Below the pieces are notes generated by a model. That model made no database searches. It was not told the origin of the DNA and saw nothing but the letters and a program-made list of their open reading frames with translations. DNA of 46,723 nt from an uncultured Clostridia bacterium. Lineage in GTDB: Bacteria; Aerophobota; Aerophobia; Aerophobales; B3-G15. The translations under genes were made by a program, and so were the position numbers. The stretch spans positions 1 to 46,723 of the forward strand of contig CAYZYX010000011.1 of the NCBI GenBank assembly GCA_964482715.1, given 5' to 3'. How positions within the stretch are numbered: the stretch's first letter is position 1; each line of letters opens with the position of its first letter. Below, piece after piece: positions 1 to 11,347 of the stretch.

Positions 1-90
1 CCCTTCTCTGACTGTGAGGTTGATAATCTGAAGTACAACCACTCTGTCAAAGTACACCCATATATCTCTCAAACTGATTATCTCTTCCAT
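1..90 (-). CDS. znuC: Zinc/metal ABC transporter ATP-binding protein, N-terminus only (runs off the window)
   Basis: Manual translation from ATG at 90 gives MEEIISLRDIWVYFDRVVVLQIINLTVREG, a typical ABC ATPase N-terminus. It starts immediately downstream of znuA. Confidence 0.75.
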   Translation of the reverse strand, partial: MEEIISLRDIWVYFDRVVVLQIINLTVREG

Positions 91-91
91 G

Positions 92-928
92 TCAATTCAG
101 GTATTTTCCCAGAACTTCAGTAATTTTACGCATATTTTGAATATAATCTTTTGCCAGAGGATCAGCCATTAAAATTTCTCCTTTTATTTCGCTTGCTATT
201 AGCTTTGCACTCTCAACATCAAATTGAGGAGAGACAAAAATCACTCTCACTTTCTCTGACCTCGCCTGGTTTATTACCCTCATAATTGTCTTTAAAGTTG
301 GTTGTTTTCCTTCCTTTTTAACCGGTATTTGTTGGAGTCCATATTCCCTTGCAAAGTAGGCCCATGCTGGATGATAAGCTATGAACTTTCTTTTTTTCTT
401 TCCGGTGAGTCTTTCAGATATCTCCCGGTCAAGTTCAATTAACTTCTGAATGTAAATTTGCTTGCGAGTTAAATAGTAGTCTTTATTTTCAGGGTCAACC
501 TGAATTAATCCCTGACATATATTTTCAACCATCTTCCCGGCATTTTTAGGTGAAAGCCAGATATGTGGATCATTATCTATAAGCTTTATTTCTCTGGAGC
601 AATCCACTACGAGGATTTTTTCGTTGCAGGAAGTTATTTTGTCCATCCACACAAGTTCAAATTCGATTCCCGAGCCTACTTTAAAATAAACCTTTGCCTC
701 GCTTACCCTTTTTAACTGAGCTGGAGTGGGCTCATATGTGTGAGGATTCGCTCCAGGCGGGATCATAAGAGTTATCTTTACCTTTTCTCCCCCCACCTGT
801 TCCACAAATTCAACCTGGGGGAGTATACTGACTACAACACCTATTTTATCTCTGGCGGCTGAACATTGATTAGTTCCTAACTGACAGAAAATGAAAAAAA
901 TCACCAGGTTGAAAAGAACTATTTTCAT
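92..928 (-). CDS. znuA: Zinc ABC transporter substrate-binding protein (ZnuA/TroA family)
   Basis: Motifs PPGANPHTYEP, DPHIWLSP and YHPAWAYF, plus a hydrophobic signal peptide. Start moved to ATG 928, which gives an ATGA overlap with the zur stop. Confidence 0.92.
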   Translation of the reverse strand: MKIVLFNLVIFFIFCQLGTNQCSAARDKIGVVVSILPQVEFVEQVGGEKVKITLMIPPGANPHTYEPTPAQLKRVSEAKVYFKVGSGIEFELVWMDKITSCNEKILVVDCSREIKLIDNDPHIWLSPKNAGKMVENICQGLIQVDPENKDYYLTRKQIYIQKLIELDREISERLTGKKKRKFIAYHPAWAYFAREYGLQQIPVKKEGKQPTLKTIMRVINQARSEKVRVIFVSPQFDVESAKLIASEIKGEILMADPLAKDYIQNMRKITEVLGKYLN

Positions 929-1368
929 TTTAGGGTTTTGGTTAATCTTTTCTGGCATTCACTGCATCGTCCAAAGAACTCAAGAGAATGACTTTTAATC
1001 TCGAATTTTGTTTCTCTGGATAGTCTGCTGGCTAAATTTTCCAGGTTGCAATTCAAAAAATAAACTACTCGCCCGCACTCAGTACAGATCAGGTGATGAT
1101 GGTGCTTTTTTGACTCTCTCAGGATGTAGCGACGAGTTCCTTTTTCAGTATGAACCTCACAGACAAGACCCAGTTTAACCAGTATTTCCAGGGTTCGGTA
1201 AACCGTTACAAGACCAATACCCCTGTATATCTTGGAAACTTTTCTGTAGATGTCAGCAGGCGATAGGTGATGCGGACTGAGAAATATAGTTTTCATTATT
1301 GCTTTTCGCTGAGGTGTAAGCTTGTAACCTTTTTCTCTCAACAGGGATAGGATCTTCTTTTCAGACAT
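925..1368 (-). CDS. zur: Fur-family regulator, zinc uptake regulator
   Basis: LTPQRKAI, TVYRTL, HHHHLICTECG and a C-terminal CxxC. It heads the znu operon and has a Zur-type palindrome upstream. Confidence 0.9.
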   Translation of the reverse strand: MSEKKILSLLREKGYKLTPQRKAIMKTIFLSPHHLSPADIYRKVSKIYRGIGLVTVYRTLEILVKLGLVCEVHTEKGTRRYILRESKKHHHHLICTECGRVVYFLNCNLENLASRLSRETKFEIKSHSLEFFGRCSECQKRLTKTLK

Positions 1369-1375
1369 TCTTACC

Positions 1376-1398
1376 TAAATGAAAATTATTTTCATTTA
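1376..1398. promoter_or_regulatory. Zur box (perfect 11-1-11 palindrome)
   Basis: TAAATGAAAAT-T-ATTTTCATTTA lies between the -10 element and the zur start codon. Confidence 0.85.
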
Positions 1399-1399
1399 C

Positions 1400-1427
1400 A
1401 GTTTACTCATTCAACCTTTACTGTCAA
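1400..1427 (-). promoter_or_regulatory. sigma70-type promoter of zur-znuAC
   Basis: Minus strand TTGACA (1427-1422), 16-nt spacer, TAAACT (1405-1400). Confidence 0.7.
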
Positions 1428-1437
1428 GGGTAAAAGA

Positions 1438-1521
1438 TCCAGATTCGGGAAAAAGTTCCCTTCCTCTAAAGCAAGGTATACGCACCCGGGCTGTCTACCA
1501 GGAATTTTTTCCGAAACTGGA
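1438..1521. repeat. Intergenic inverted-repeat element, copy 1 (MITE/REPIN-like)
   Basis: Imperfect terminal inverted repeats tccagattcgggaaaaagttcc and ggaattttttccgaaactgga. The reverse complement matches 34478-34544 at 63/67 nt and also 34590-34605. Confidence 0.85.
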
Positions 1522-1533
1522 GTTATATTACAG

Positions 1534-1562
1534 TTGACATTGCAAGCGGCTTCTTATAGAAT
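1534..1562 (+). promoter_or_regulatory. sigma70-type promoter of the lysS operon
   Basis: TTGACA (1534-1539), 17-nt spacer, TAGAAT (1557-1562). Confidence 0.75.
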
Positions 1563-1584
1563 ATGTGGCAAATAATGCGGAGAG

Positions 1585-3039
1585 ATGCCCATGCCTTCGC
1601 CAGAAGAACAGTTAATTCAGGAAAGAAGGGAAAAACTTTCTCAGTGGATAAAAAAAAGAGGAACTCCCTATTGGGAAAAATTCTTACCAGACTGTCAAAT
1701 TGAAAGGATAAGGGAGAAGTTTTCCCGGATAGGTAGCAGCGAAAAAACCGGGGTTAAGGTTAAAATAGCTGGCAGAATAATGGGGTTAAGAAGCCATGGG
1801 AAAGCCATCTTTATGGATCTGAAAGATGCAACAGGAAAAATCCAGCTTTATGCCAGGAAAGACCTGCTTAATGAGGATTTTGAACTTCTTTCTCTGATTG
1901 ATGTAGGAGATATTCTGGGAGTAGAGGGAGAGATTTTTAAAACTCGCACAGGAGAACTTACAGTTGAAATCAATCACTTTAAATTGCTGGCAAAATCTTT
2001 TCGCCCTTTACCTGAAAAATGGCATGGGTTGCAAGATGTGGAAATACGTTATCGTAAACGCTGGCTGGATCTTCTGGTTAATCCCCGAATCCGTGAAGTA
2101 TTTATAACAAGAAGAAAGATAATAAAAACCATAAGAGAATTTCTTGACCACAGAGGATTCGTTGAGGTGGAGACACCGATTATGCAACCCGTTCCCGGAG
2201 GTGCGACCGCTCGTCCCTTTAAAACCTATCACAATGCACTGGCAAGAGATTTTTATCTGAGAATAGCTCCTGAGCTTTACCTGAAAAAACTGGTAGTAGG
2301 GGGTCTGGAAAAAGTTTATGAGCTAAACAAAAATTTCAGGAATGAAGGAATAGACAGATTCCACAACCCTGAGTTTACCATGCTTGAGGTTTACGAGGCT
2401 TACAGAGATTATCTTTACATGATGGATTTGACCCAGGAGCTTCTTTGCGAAATAATTCAGAAAGTGATAGGTAATTTTCAAATTGAATATGGTGGAGAAA
2501 AGATAGATTTTACTCCACCCTGGAAAAAGATTACCTTTCGGGATGCGCTACGGGAGATAGGTGGGGTAGATGTTGACTGGCAGAATGAGAAAAACCTGAA
2601 GGAGGTAGCGCGGGAAAAAGGGCTTGAAGTGGATAAGTTAACCAGATCTCAGATTCTCGAGCATCTTCTGGATAAAAAAGTAGTTCCTTTTTTAATTCAG
2701 CCAACCATTGTCTATGATTATCCCCTGGAAACTGCTCCTCTGGCAAAAAGAAAAAAAGAAGACCCTTCACTGGTAGAAAGATTTGAACTTTTTGTGGCCG
2801 GGCAGGAGCTGGCCAATGCCTATTCGGAGTTGAACGATCCATTAGAACAAAGGGAGAGATTTAAAGTTTCGGCCGACGAGAGATTTATTGATGAAGATTT
2901 CCTGGAGGCTCTTGAATATGGTATGCCTCCAACTGGTGGATTAGGAGTTGGTATTGACAGACTGGTGATGCTATTTACTGGTTCTGCCTCTATCAGGGAA
3001 GTAATTCTCTTCCCTCAGTTAAGGCCGAAACAAGATTAA
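1585..3039 (+). CDS. lysS: Lysine--tRNA ligase (class II)
   Basis: OB-fold anticodon domain; LRIAPELYLK, FRNEG, HNPEFTMLE and YGMPPTGGLGVGIDRL motifs. Confidence 0.98.
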   Translation: MPMPSPEEQLIQERREKLSQWIKKRGTPYWEKFLPDCQIERIREKFSRIGSSEKTGVKVKIAGRIMGLRSHGKAIFMDLKDATGKIQLYARKDLLNEDFELLSLIDVGDILGVEGEIFKTRTGELTVEINHFKLLAKSFRPLPEKWHGLQDVEIRYRKRWLDLLVNPRIREVFITRRKIIKTIREFLDHRGFVEVETPIMQPVPGGATARPFKTYHNALARDFYLRIAPELYLKKLVVGGLEKVYELNKNFRNEGIDRFHNPEFTMLEVYEAYRDYLYMMDLTQELLCEIIQKVIGNFQIEYGGEKIDFTPPWKKITFRDALREIGGVDVDWQNEKNLKEVAREKGLEVDKLTRSQILEHLLDKKVVPFLIQPTIVYDYPLETAPLAKRKKEDPSLVERFELFVAGQELANAYSELNDPLEQRERFKVSADERFIDEDFLEALEYGMPPTGGLGVGIDRLVMLFTGSASIREVILFPQLRPKQD

Positions 3040-3058
3040 ACTATAAAAGGAGTAAAAG

Positions 3059-4943
<1,885 letters not shown>

Positions 4944-4958
4944 AGATTAAAGTTAGCC

Positions 4959-5441
4959 ATGAAACATATAATTTCTGTTGAGGTTGAAAACAGGTTTGGT
5001 GTACTGGCTCGAATAACCTCCCTTTTCAGTGCGCGGGGTTTTAATATTGACAGTTTAGCTGTCGGGGAAACTGAAGATCCCACCATATCCCGTATAACTA
5101 TGGTGGTTCCCGGTGATGACCAGATCATTGAGCAGGTAATCAAGCAGCTAAGAAAACTAATTGATGTAATTAAGGTTGTGGATCTTACCGATCAACCTAT
5201 CATTGCAAGAGAACTTGTGATGGTAAGGGTTAAAGCTCGAGGTCAGGAGAGAGACGAAATCATGCGCCTGGCAGAGATTTTTCGTGCTCATATCGTTGAC
5301 GTTCATCCAGAAAGTTTCACTCTGGAGGTAACCGGAACAGAAGACAAGATACAGGCCCTTTTAACTCTTTTAAAACCTTTTGGAATAAAAAAACTGGTAA
5401 GAACAGGAAAAGTTGCCTTAGCCAGAGAACCTAAAGGTTAG
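4959..5441 (+). CDS. ilvN: Acetolactate synthase small (regulatory) subunit
   Basis: ACT domain [25 protein letters not shown], plus QLRKLIDV and RTGKVAL. Confidence 0.96.
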   Translation: MKHIISVEVENRFGVLARITSLFSARGFNIDSLAVGETEDPTISRITMVVPGDDQIIEQVIKQLRKLIDVIKVVDLTDQPIIARELVMVRVKARGQERDEIMRLAEIFRAHIVDVHPESFTLEVTGTEDKIQALLTLLKPFGIKKLVRTGKVALAREPKG

Positions 5442-5450
5442 GAGGAGGAT

Positions 5451-5894
5451 ATGGAGAGAACTCTTGTGCTCATAAAACCGGATGGTGTTTGTAAACGTCT
5501 TATAGGTGAGGTAATAAGCCGGATAGAAAAGGAGGGGTTTAAAATTGTGGCTCTTAAAATGATAATGCCTGACCGGGAAAAAATTGAAGAGTTTTACCAT
5601 CCACACAAGGGTAAATCCTTTTTCCCTGGCTTGATTAAATTCATGCTCACAGCTCCCTGTGTAGCTCTGGTTGCTGAGGGTAAAAACGTAATAAATCGTA
5701 TAAGAGAAATTATTGGGGAACGGGTACCCAGCGACGCTTCTCCAGGGACAATCAGAAGAGAGTTTGGTTTTGATGGCAGGAAGAACATAGTTCATGGTTC
5801 GGATTCTCCCGAGTCAGCACAAAGGGAAATTAGCTGTCTTTTTTCTCCTCAGGAGATTTTTTCCTATCATCAGGAAGACTGGCTAAAAGGTTGA
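5451..5894 (+). CDS. ndk: Nucleoside-diphosphate kinase
   Basis: ERTLVLIKPDGV, PGTIR and NIVHGSDS. Confidence 0.96.
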   Translation: MERTLVLIKPDGVCKRLIGEVISRIEKEGFKIVALKMIMPDREKIEEFYHPHKGKSFFPGLIKFMLTAPCVALVAEGKNVINRIREIIGERVPSDASPGTIRREFGFDGRKNIVHGSDSPESAQREISCLFSPQEIFSYHQEDWLKG

Positions 5895-5919
5895 ATTATT
5901 CAAGTTATAGAAGGGTAAA

Positions 5920-7191
5920 TTGATGTTGGTGATACGTCCATTTAGAGGAATAATTTACAACAGGGAAAAGATACCTGATATGAAAAAAGTGGTTGCACCG
6001 CCATATGATGTTATTTCTCCTGAGCAGCAGGATTTTTACTACGGGCTTCATCCTTACAACATTATAAGAATTATCCTGGGGAAAGATAAGCCCCGGGATA
6101 ATCCAGAAGACAACAGATACACGCGTGCGGCTCATTATCTACGCAGATGGCTTTCGGAAGGAATTCTCAAAAAAGAAAAAATTCCGGCAATCTATGTCTA
6201 CGAACAAGACTACCAGCTTCCAGAAGAAGGAGAGAGAGTAAAAAGAAAAGGTTTTATCGCTCTTATGAAGCTTGAACAGCTACACGCCGGGGTTATTTTT
6301 CCTCATGAGAGAATTTTTGAGGCCCCTCAAGTGGACAGGCTTAATTTGATGTTAACCTGTCGCGCTAACCTTTCAGCCATATTTTCACTTTTTGAGGATC
6401 CTTCCCTTCAGGTGGACAAAATTCTGGATGAATCTGAGGGTTTATTTCAATTTGAAGATAGGACAGGAATAAAACACTCCCTGTCCGCTCTTCGGGAAGA
6501 CGAGAAGATTAATCAGATAATTGAAATTATGAAGGATAAAAAAATTTTTATTGCTGATGGACATCATCGCTATCTTACAGCTCTCAAGTTAAGAGAAAAA
6601 TTAAGACAGGAAAAGTTTTTTCCTTCTGGAGCAGATTATGTGATGATGTATTTTTTGAATACAGAGTCAAAAACAGTAACCATTCTTCCCGTACATCGAC
6701 TTTTGCGTGGATTATCCAGGGATCAGATGGAGACTCTTTTTGATGGTATGGGAAAATTTTTTCACAGAAAACCCTTTCTCTTTTCCAATGGAGAAAACCC
6801 CGGGGAAATTTTGAAGGAAATTAACAAAAGTAAGGTCATGGTATTTGGACTTTATCATCACAGTCGGGGCTATTTTCTTCTGACACCAAAGGATACCAGC
6901 TGCTTTTCTCGCAAGGTAAATTCAGAGGTTCTGGATGAACTTGTAAAAAAAATTCTTGGCTGGGAAAAACTAAAAAAGGGTGAAAATATAGATTTTACTC
7001 CCAGTGTCCGAGAAGCAGTGGAGAAGGTTAAAAAAGGAGAATTTCAGCTTGCCTTTTTCCTGGCACCGGTGTCTGTGGATGAGGTCAAAAGGACGGCTTT
7101 AAGGGGCGAAATAATGCCTCCCAAGTCAACCTATTTTTACCCTAAGCTACTATCAGGACTTGTTATGAGAGACATTGATGATGCAATTTAG
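5920..7191 (+). CDS. DUF1015 family protein
   Basis: APPYDVIS, PHE, IADGHHRY and MPPKSTYFYPKLLSGL signatures. Confidence 0.9.
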   Translation: MMLVIRPFRGIIYNREKIPDMKKVVAPPYDVISPEQQDFYYGLHPYNIIRIILGKDKPRDNPEDNRYTRAAHYLRRWLSEGILKKEKIPAIYVYEQDYQLPEEGERVKRKGFIALMKLEQLHAGVIFPHERIFEAPQVDRLNLMLTCRANLSAIFSLFEDPSLQVDKILDESEGLFQFEDRTGIKHSLSALREDEKINQIIEIMKDKKIFIADGHHRYLTALKLREKLRQEKFFPSGADYVMMYFLNTESKTVTILPVHRLLRGLSRDQMETLFDGMGKFFHRKPFLFSNGENPGEILKEINKSKVMVFGLYHHSRGYFLLTPKDTSCFSRKVNSEVLDELVKKILGWEKLKKGENIDFTPSVREAVEKVKKGEFQLAFFLAPVSVDEVKRTALRGEIMPPKSTYFYPKLLSGLVMRDIDDAI

Positions 7192-7199
7192 AGATTTTT

Positions 7200-8294
7200 A
7201 TGAGAATACCTGTAGAGATAAAAGGCTGGCTTTTATTGAGTAGACTCCCCTTTTCTCAGATTAAAAAAGTAAAGGAGCTTTTGAGCAGGATAAACTCCGC
7301 GGCGGATATTTTCTTTACCCCCCTTGAAAAACTTTCCGATATTCCTAAAATAGACAGAGAGTCTATAGTTGAAATTAGAGAGAAGTTCTCTGATAGTCCT
7401 GACCTGGAGGCTGAATATAAGCTAATAGGTAAGTTGGGAGTAAATCTTATCCCTTTTACAAGCTCTTTTTATCCTGAAAATCTGGCCAATATATATGATC
7501 CTCCACTCGTTCTTTATGTAAGAGGCAAGCTGAAGAAAGAAGATGAGAGGGCTGTGGCTATAGTGGGAACAAGAAGAGCCACGAGTTATGGCAAGGTTGC
7601 TGCCAGGAAGCTGGCCAGAGAGCTTGCTCAGGCTGGTATTACTGTGGTGAGTGGAATGGCAAGGGGAATAGATACTGCTGCCCATGAGGGAGCACTGGAA
7701 GCGGGAGGAAGGACAGTTGCCGTTCTTGGGTGTGGGGTTGACATTGTCTATCCACCAGAAAACAGCTCTCTCATGCAGGAAATAATCCGTAGAGGGGCCG
7801 TTATCTCAGAATTTCCACTGGGAACAAGACCTCTGGCCTACAATTTTCCAAGGAGGAACAGAATCATAAGTGGTTTAAGCAAGGGGGTTGTGGTGGTGGA
7901 GGCTCCTCTAAAAAGTGGAGCTATTATTACCGCAGATTATGCATTGGAAGAAGGTCGGGAAGTTTTTGCTGTACCCGGACCTATTACCAGTCCGTATGCT
8001 AAAGGCACTAACAGATTGATAAAAGAAGGAGCAAAAATTGTGGAGGATATTTCCGATATTCTGGAGGAGCTAAATTTAACCAGGCTAAAAGGGGTAAAAT
8101 CCCGGATTGATCTCCAGCTTTCTTTTAAAGAAAAAACTGTCCTGGAAAATCTTTCTTATGAGCCACTTCATATAGACGAGCTGGTGCACAGGACTAAACT
8201 TCCTGTATGGCAGGTGGGAGATATTCTGACAAGATTGCAGCTTAAAGGCATGGTGAGAGAACTTCCAGGTAAATTATTTATAAGAGAGGATTAA
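7200..8294 (+). CDS. dprA: DNA-processing protein DprA/Smf
   Basis: AIVGTR, VSGMARGID, FPRRNRIISGLS and a C-terminal winged helix. Confidence 0.96.
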   Translation: MRIPVEIKGWLLLSRLPFSQIKKVKELLSRINSAADIFFTPLEKLSDIPKIDRESIVEIREKFSDSPDLEAEYKLIGKLGVNLIPFTSSFYPENLANIYDPPLVLYVRGKLKKEDERAVAIVGTRRATSYGKVAARKLARELAQAGITVVSGMARGIDTAAHEGALEAGGRTVAVLGCGVDIVYPPENSSLMQEIIRRGAVISEFPLGTRPLAYNFPRRNRIISGLSKGVVVVEAPLKSGAIITADYALEEGREVFAVPGPITSPYAKGTNRLIKEGAKIVEDISDILEELNLTRLKGVKSRIDLQLSFKEKTVLENLSYEPLHIDELVHRTKLPVWQVGDILTRLQLKGMVRELPGKLFIRED

Positions 8295-8297
8295 ATT

Positions 8298-10460
8298 TTG
8301 AAAGACAAGAACATAAAAAATCTGGTTATTGTTGAATCTCCGGCTAAAGCTAAGACTATAAATAAGTTTCTGGGTAAGGACTATGTGGTTGAATCCTGTT
8401 TTGGCCATATCAAGGATTTACCAAAGAATAAGTTAGGAGTAGACATTGACAACAGTTTTAAGCCCACCTATGTGGTTATTCCGGGGAAGAAAAAGATAAT
8501 CAGCAAGCTGCGTAAGTTAAGTGCTGAGGCAGATAGGGTTTTCCTGGCTACGGATATGGATCGAGAGGGAGAGGCTATATCCTGGCATCTTTCTCAAGAG
8601 CTTGATAATAATAAGGAAAAGCTAAGGGTGGTTTTTAATCAGATTACCCCAGGAGCTTTACAGGAAGCTATAGCAAACCCTGGCCAGATAGACATGAATA
8701 AGGTTGATGCCCAGCAGGGAAGAAGAGTTCTTGACAGACTGGTAGGTTATAAGCTGTCTCCTCTTCTCTGGGATAAGGTTAAAAGAGGTCTTTCTGCAGG
8801 AAGAGTACAATCGGTAGCAGTCAGGCTTTTGTGTGAAAGGGAAGAAGAAATTGAAAACTTTAAAAGAGAAGAATACTGGCATGTTTCAGCCATCCTTCAG
8901 GATGATGAGGGTAATACCCTGGAAACAGATCTTTACCAGATAGATGGGCACAGGCCAAAAATTACCGGGGAAAAGCAAGCAAAAGAGCTGGCTGAAGAGA
9001 TAAAAAAATTAGAATTTAAGGTAAAACAGGTAAAAAGGACTCAAACCAGAAGGTCTCCGTATCCCCCTTTTATTACCAGTACTCTTCAGCAATCGGCGAG
9101 CTTACATCTTAGATTTTCTCCTGCCAGGACCATGAGGATCGCTCAGGATCTATACGAAGGACAGGACATCGGGAACAATGAGAGAGTAGGGCTTATAACC
9201 TATATGAGAACTGATTCCACTCGTGTTGCTAAGGAGGCTCAGCTTTCTGCTCGCAACTGGATTAAAAAAAATCTGGGGAAGGAATTTGTTCCTCCCAGAA
9301 TTCCGGAATATAAAAATAAAAAGACCTCTCAGGATGCCCATGAGGCTATAAGACCTACCAGGATTGAACTTACTCCTCAAAGTGTGAAAAAATACCTTTC
9401 TGAGGATCATTATAAGCTCTATGACCTGATCTGGCGTCGGTTTGTTGCTTCTCAGATGAGTGATGCCATCATTAATCGTGTTACGGTTGAGATAGAGGGT
9501 GGTGATGGAAAGGACAGGAAGAGCTATTTGTTCAAGGTGGAAGGAAAACAGGTTCAGTTTTTAGGGTTTTTAAAACTTTATCAGGAAAGAGGAGAAAAAG
9601 ATAAACATCTTCCTGCTCTTAAAAAGAATAGCCTTCTCTCTTTAAAAGAGATAATTTTAAAGCAAAACTTCACCCAGCCACCCCCCCGGTATACCGAAGC
9701 TACACTAATTAAGACTCTCGAGGAAAAAGGAATTGGAAGACCAAGCACGTATGCTCCCATTATCTCTACTATTCAACAAAGAGGGTATGTTAGATGGGTT
9801 AGAGGAAAGCTTATTCCTACCCCTCTTGCTCGTGTGGTAAATACTCTTCTGGTAAACAGCTTTTCTATAATTATGGACACTGACTTTACGGCTAAAATGG
9901 AAGAAGGGTTAGACGAAGTTGAGCAGGGTAAAAAATCCTGGGTTCACCTGGTGGGAGAGTTTTATGAACGTTTTGAAAAGGACCTTAAAAGAGCTGAAGA
10001 GCAGATGAGAAATATAAAAGAAAATGGTTTGGTGATTACTTCCATAAAATGTGAAAAGTGTGGCAGGGACATGGTGGTGAAAGTGGGTAAATTCGGTGAA
10101 TTTCTGGCCTGCTCCGGTTACCCTGAGTGCAAAAACACACAGCCCCTGGATCAGAAAATAGGGATGAAGTGTCCGGTTCCGGATTGCGGGGGTGAGGTTG
10201 TGGAAAAGCTGACCAGAAAAGGTAAAAGTTTTTTCACCTGTAGTCGTTACCCGGAGTGTAAATTTTTAAGCTGGGAAGAACCTGTACCCGAGGTTTGTCC
10301 TGAGTGCCAGAGTAACTATATGGTAAAGGCAAAAGCAGCACTCAAGTGTCCTGAATGTGGTAAAACTCTGAAGAGTGAAATTGTAGAAAAAATGGATCTT
10401 AATGGATGCAAGGTAAAAATAATTAAGCTGAGAAGGAGTTTAAATGGAGATTCTTTTTGA
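8298..10460 (+). CDS. topA: DNA topoisomerase I with C-terminal zinc ribbons
   Basis: IVESPAKAKTI, DMDREGE, SAGRVQS, ITYMRTD and GIGRPSTY. TTG start. Confidence 0.97.
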   Translation: MKDKNIKNLVIVESPAKAKTINKFLGKDYVVESCFGHIKDLPKNKLGVDIDNSFKPTYVVIPGKKKIISKLRKLSAEADRVFLATDMDREGEAISWHLSQELDNNKEKLRVVFNQITPGALQEAIANPGQIDMNKVDAQQGRRVLDRLVGYKLSPLLWDKVKRGLSAGRVQSVAVRLLCEREEEIENFKREEYWHVSAILQDDEGNTLETDLYQIDGHRPKITGEKQAKELAEEIKKLEFKVKQVKRTQTRRSPYPPFITSTLQQSASLHLRFSPARTMRIAQDLYEGQDIGNNERVGLITYMRTDSTRVAKEAQLSARNWIKKNLGKEFVPPRIPEYKNKKTSQDAHEAIRPTRIELTPQSVKKYLSEDHYKLYDLIWRRFVASQMSDAIINRVTVEIEGGDGKDRKSYLFKVEGKQVQFLGFLKLYQERGEKDKHLPALKKNSLLSLKEIILKQNFTQPPPRYTEATLIKTLEEKGIGRPSTYAPIISTIQQRGYVRWVRGKLIPTPLARVVNTLLVNSFSIIMDTDFTAKMEEGLDEVEQGKKSWVHLVGEFYERFEKDLKRAEEQMRNIKENGLVITSIKCEKCGRDMVVKVGKFGEFLACSGYPECKNTQPLDQKIGMKCPVPDCGGEVVEKLTRKGKSFFTCSRYPECKFLSWEEPVPEVCPECQSNYMVKAKAALKCPECGKTLKSEIVEKMDLNGCKVKIIKLRRSLNGDSF

Positions 10461-11322
10461 TTTTTCTCATCATTTGAGGCGAGAGAAAAACCTCTCTTTC
10501 CACACTATTAAGGGATATACTGCTGATATCAGAGACTTTTTACATTTCTTATCCCGGAGAAGTAAAAAGTTAGACCAGATAGATTATTCTGTGATAAGAG
10601 AATATCTATCTTTGATGATAAAGAAAAAGCTAAGTCAGACCACTGTTGCCCGAAAAGTATCCTCTTTACGGTGTTTTCTTCGATTTCTTTTAACAAGGGG
10701 GATTTTATACAATTTTCCGGTTTCAGCTTTGAGATCTCCCCGAATACAGAGGAAAATACCTGATTATCTTGAAGAAGAAGAGGTGGAAAAACTTTTAAAC
10801 CATGTTCCCCAAGATGAAAATTTTCTGGTGAAAAGAGACAAAGCTATCCTGGAGCTTCTTTATGCTACCGGAATGAGGATTGCTGAAATTGTGGGATTAA
10901 ATTTAAATGATGTTGACCTTGGTGAAGCGGTTGTTAAGGTAAAGGGGAAAAGACAGAAGGAAAGACTGGTTCCTGTTGGTAGCTATGCTGTTACTGCACT
11001 CAGGGAATATCTTATTCACCGACAGGAAAAAGCCTGTCAAGGTGAAGGTGCTCTTTTTTTAAATCGATTTGGCAGGCGAATGTCAGATCGTGCCCTCAGG
11101 AAAAGGTTAAAGTTATATATTGATAGAGCAAAAATTCTAAAAGATGTAACTCCACATACTTTAAGGCACTCTTTTGCTACCCATCTTCTCAACCGAGGAG
11201 CTGACCTTCGTTCTGTTCAGGAGCTTCTCGGACATGAACGACTGTCCACTACTCAAGTATATACCCACATTACTCCCAGACGTTTAAGAGAGGTATATCA
11301 TAAATCCCATCCTCGAGCTTGA
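10444..11322 (+). CDS. xerC: Tyrosine recombinase XerC
   Basis: LLYATGMR, HTLRHSFATHLL and LLGH...TTQVYTH, in the conserved dprA-topA-xerC-hslVU context. Confidence 0.9.
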   Translation: MEILFDFSHHLRREKNLSFHTIKGYTADIRDFLHFLSRRSKKLDQIDYSVIREYLSLMIKKKLSQTTVARKVSSLRCFLRFLLTRGILYNFPVSALRSPRIQRKIPDYLEEEEVEKLLNHVPQDENFLVKRDKAILELLYATGMRIAEIVGLNLNDVDLGEAVVKVKGKRQKERLVPVGSYAVTALREYLIHRQEKACQGEGALFLNRFGRRMSDRALRKRLKLYIDRAKILKDVTPHTLRHSFATHLLNRGADLRSVQELLGHERLSTTQVYTHITPRRLREVYHKSHPRA

Positions 11323-11347
11323 GAGGTAATTTCGGAGGAGGTAAAAC

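Noticed and set aside
10444-11322. Integrase of a mobile element
   Set aside because: It sits in the conserved housekeeping dprA-topA-xerC-hslVU order with no phage or ICE genes.
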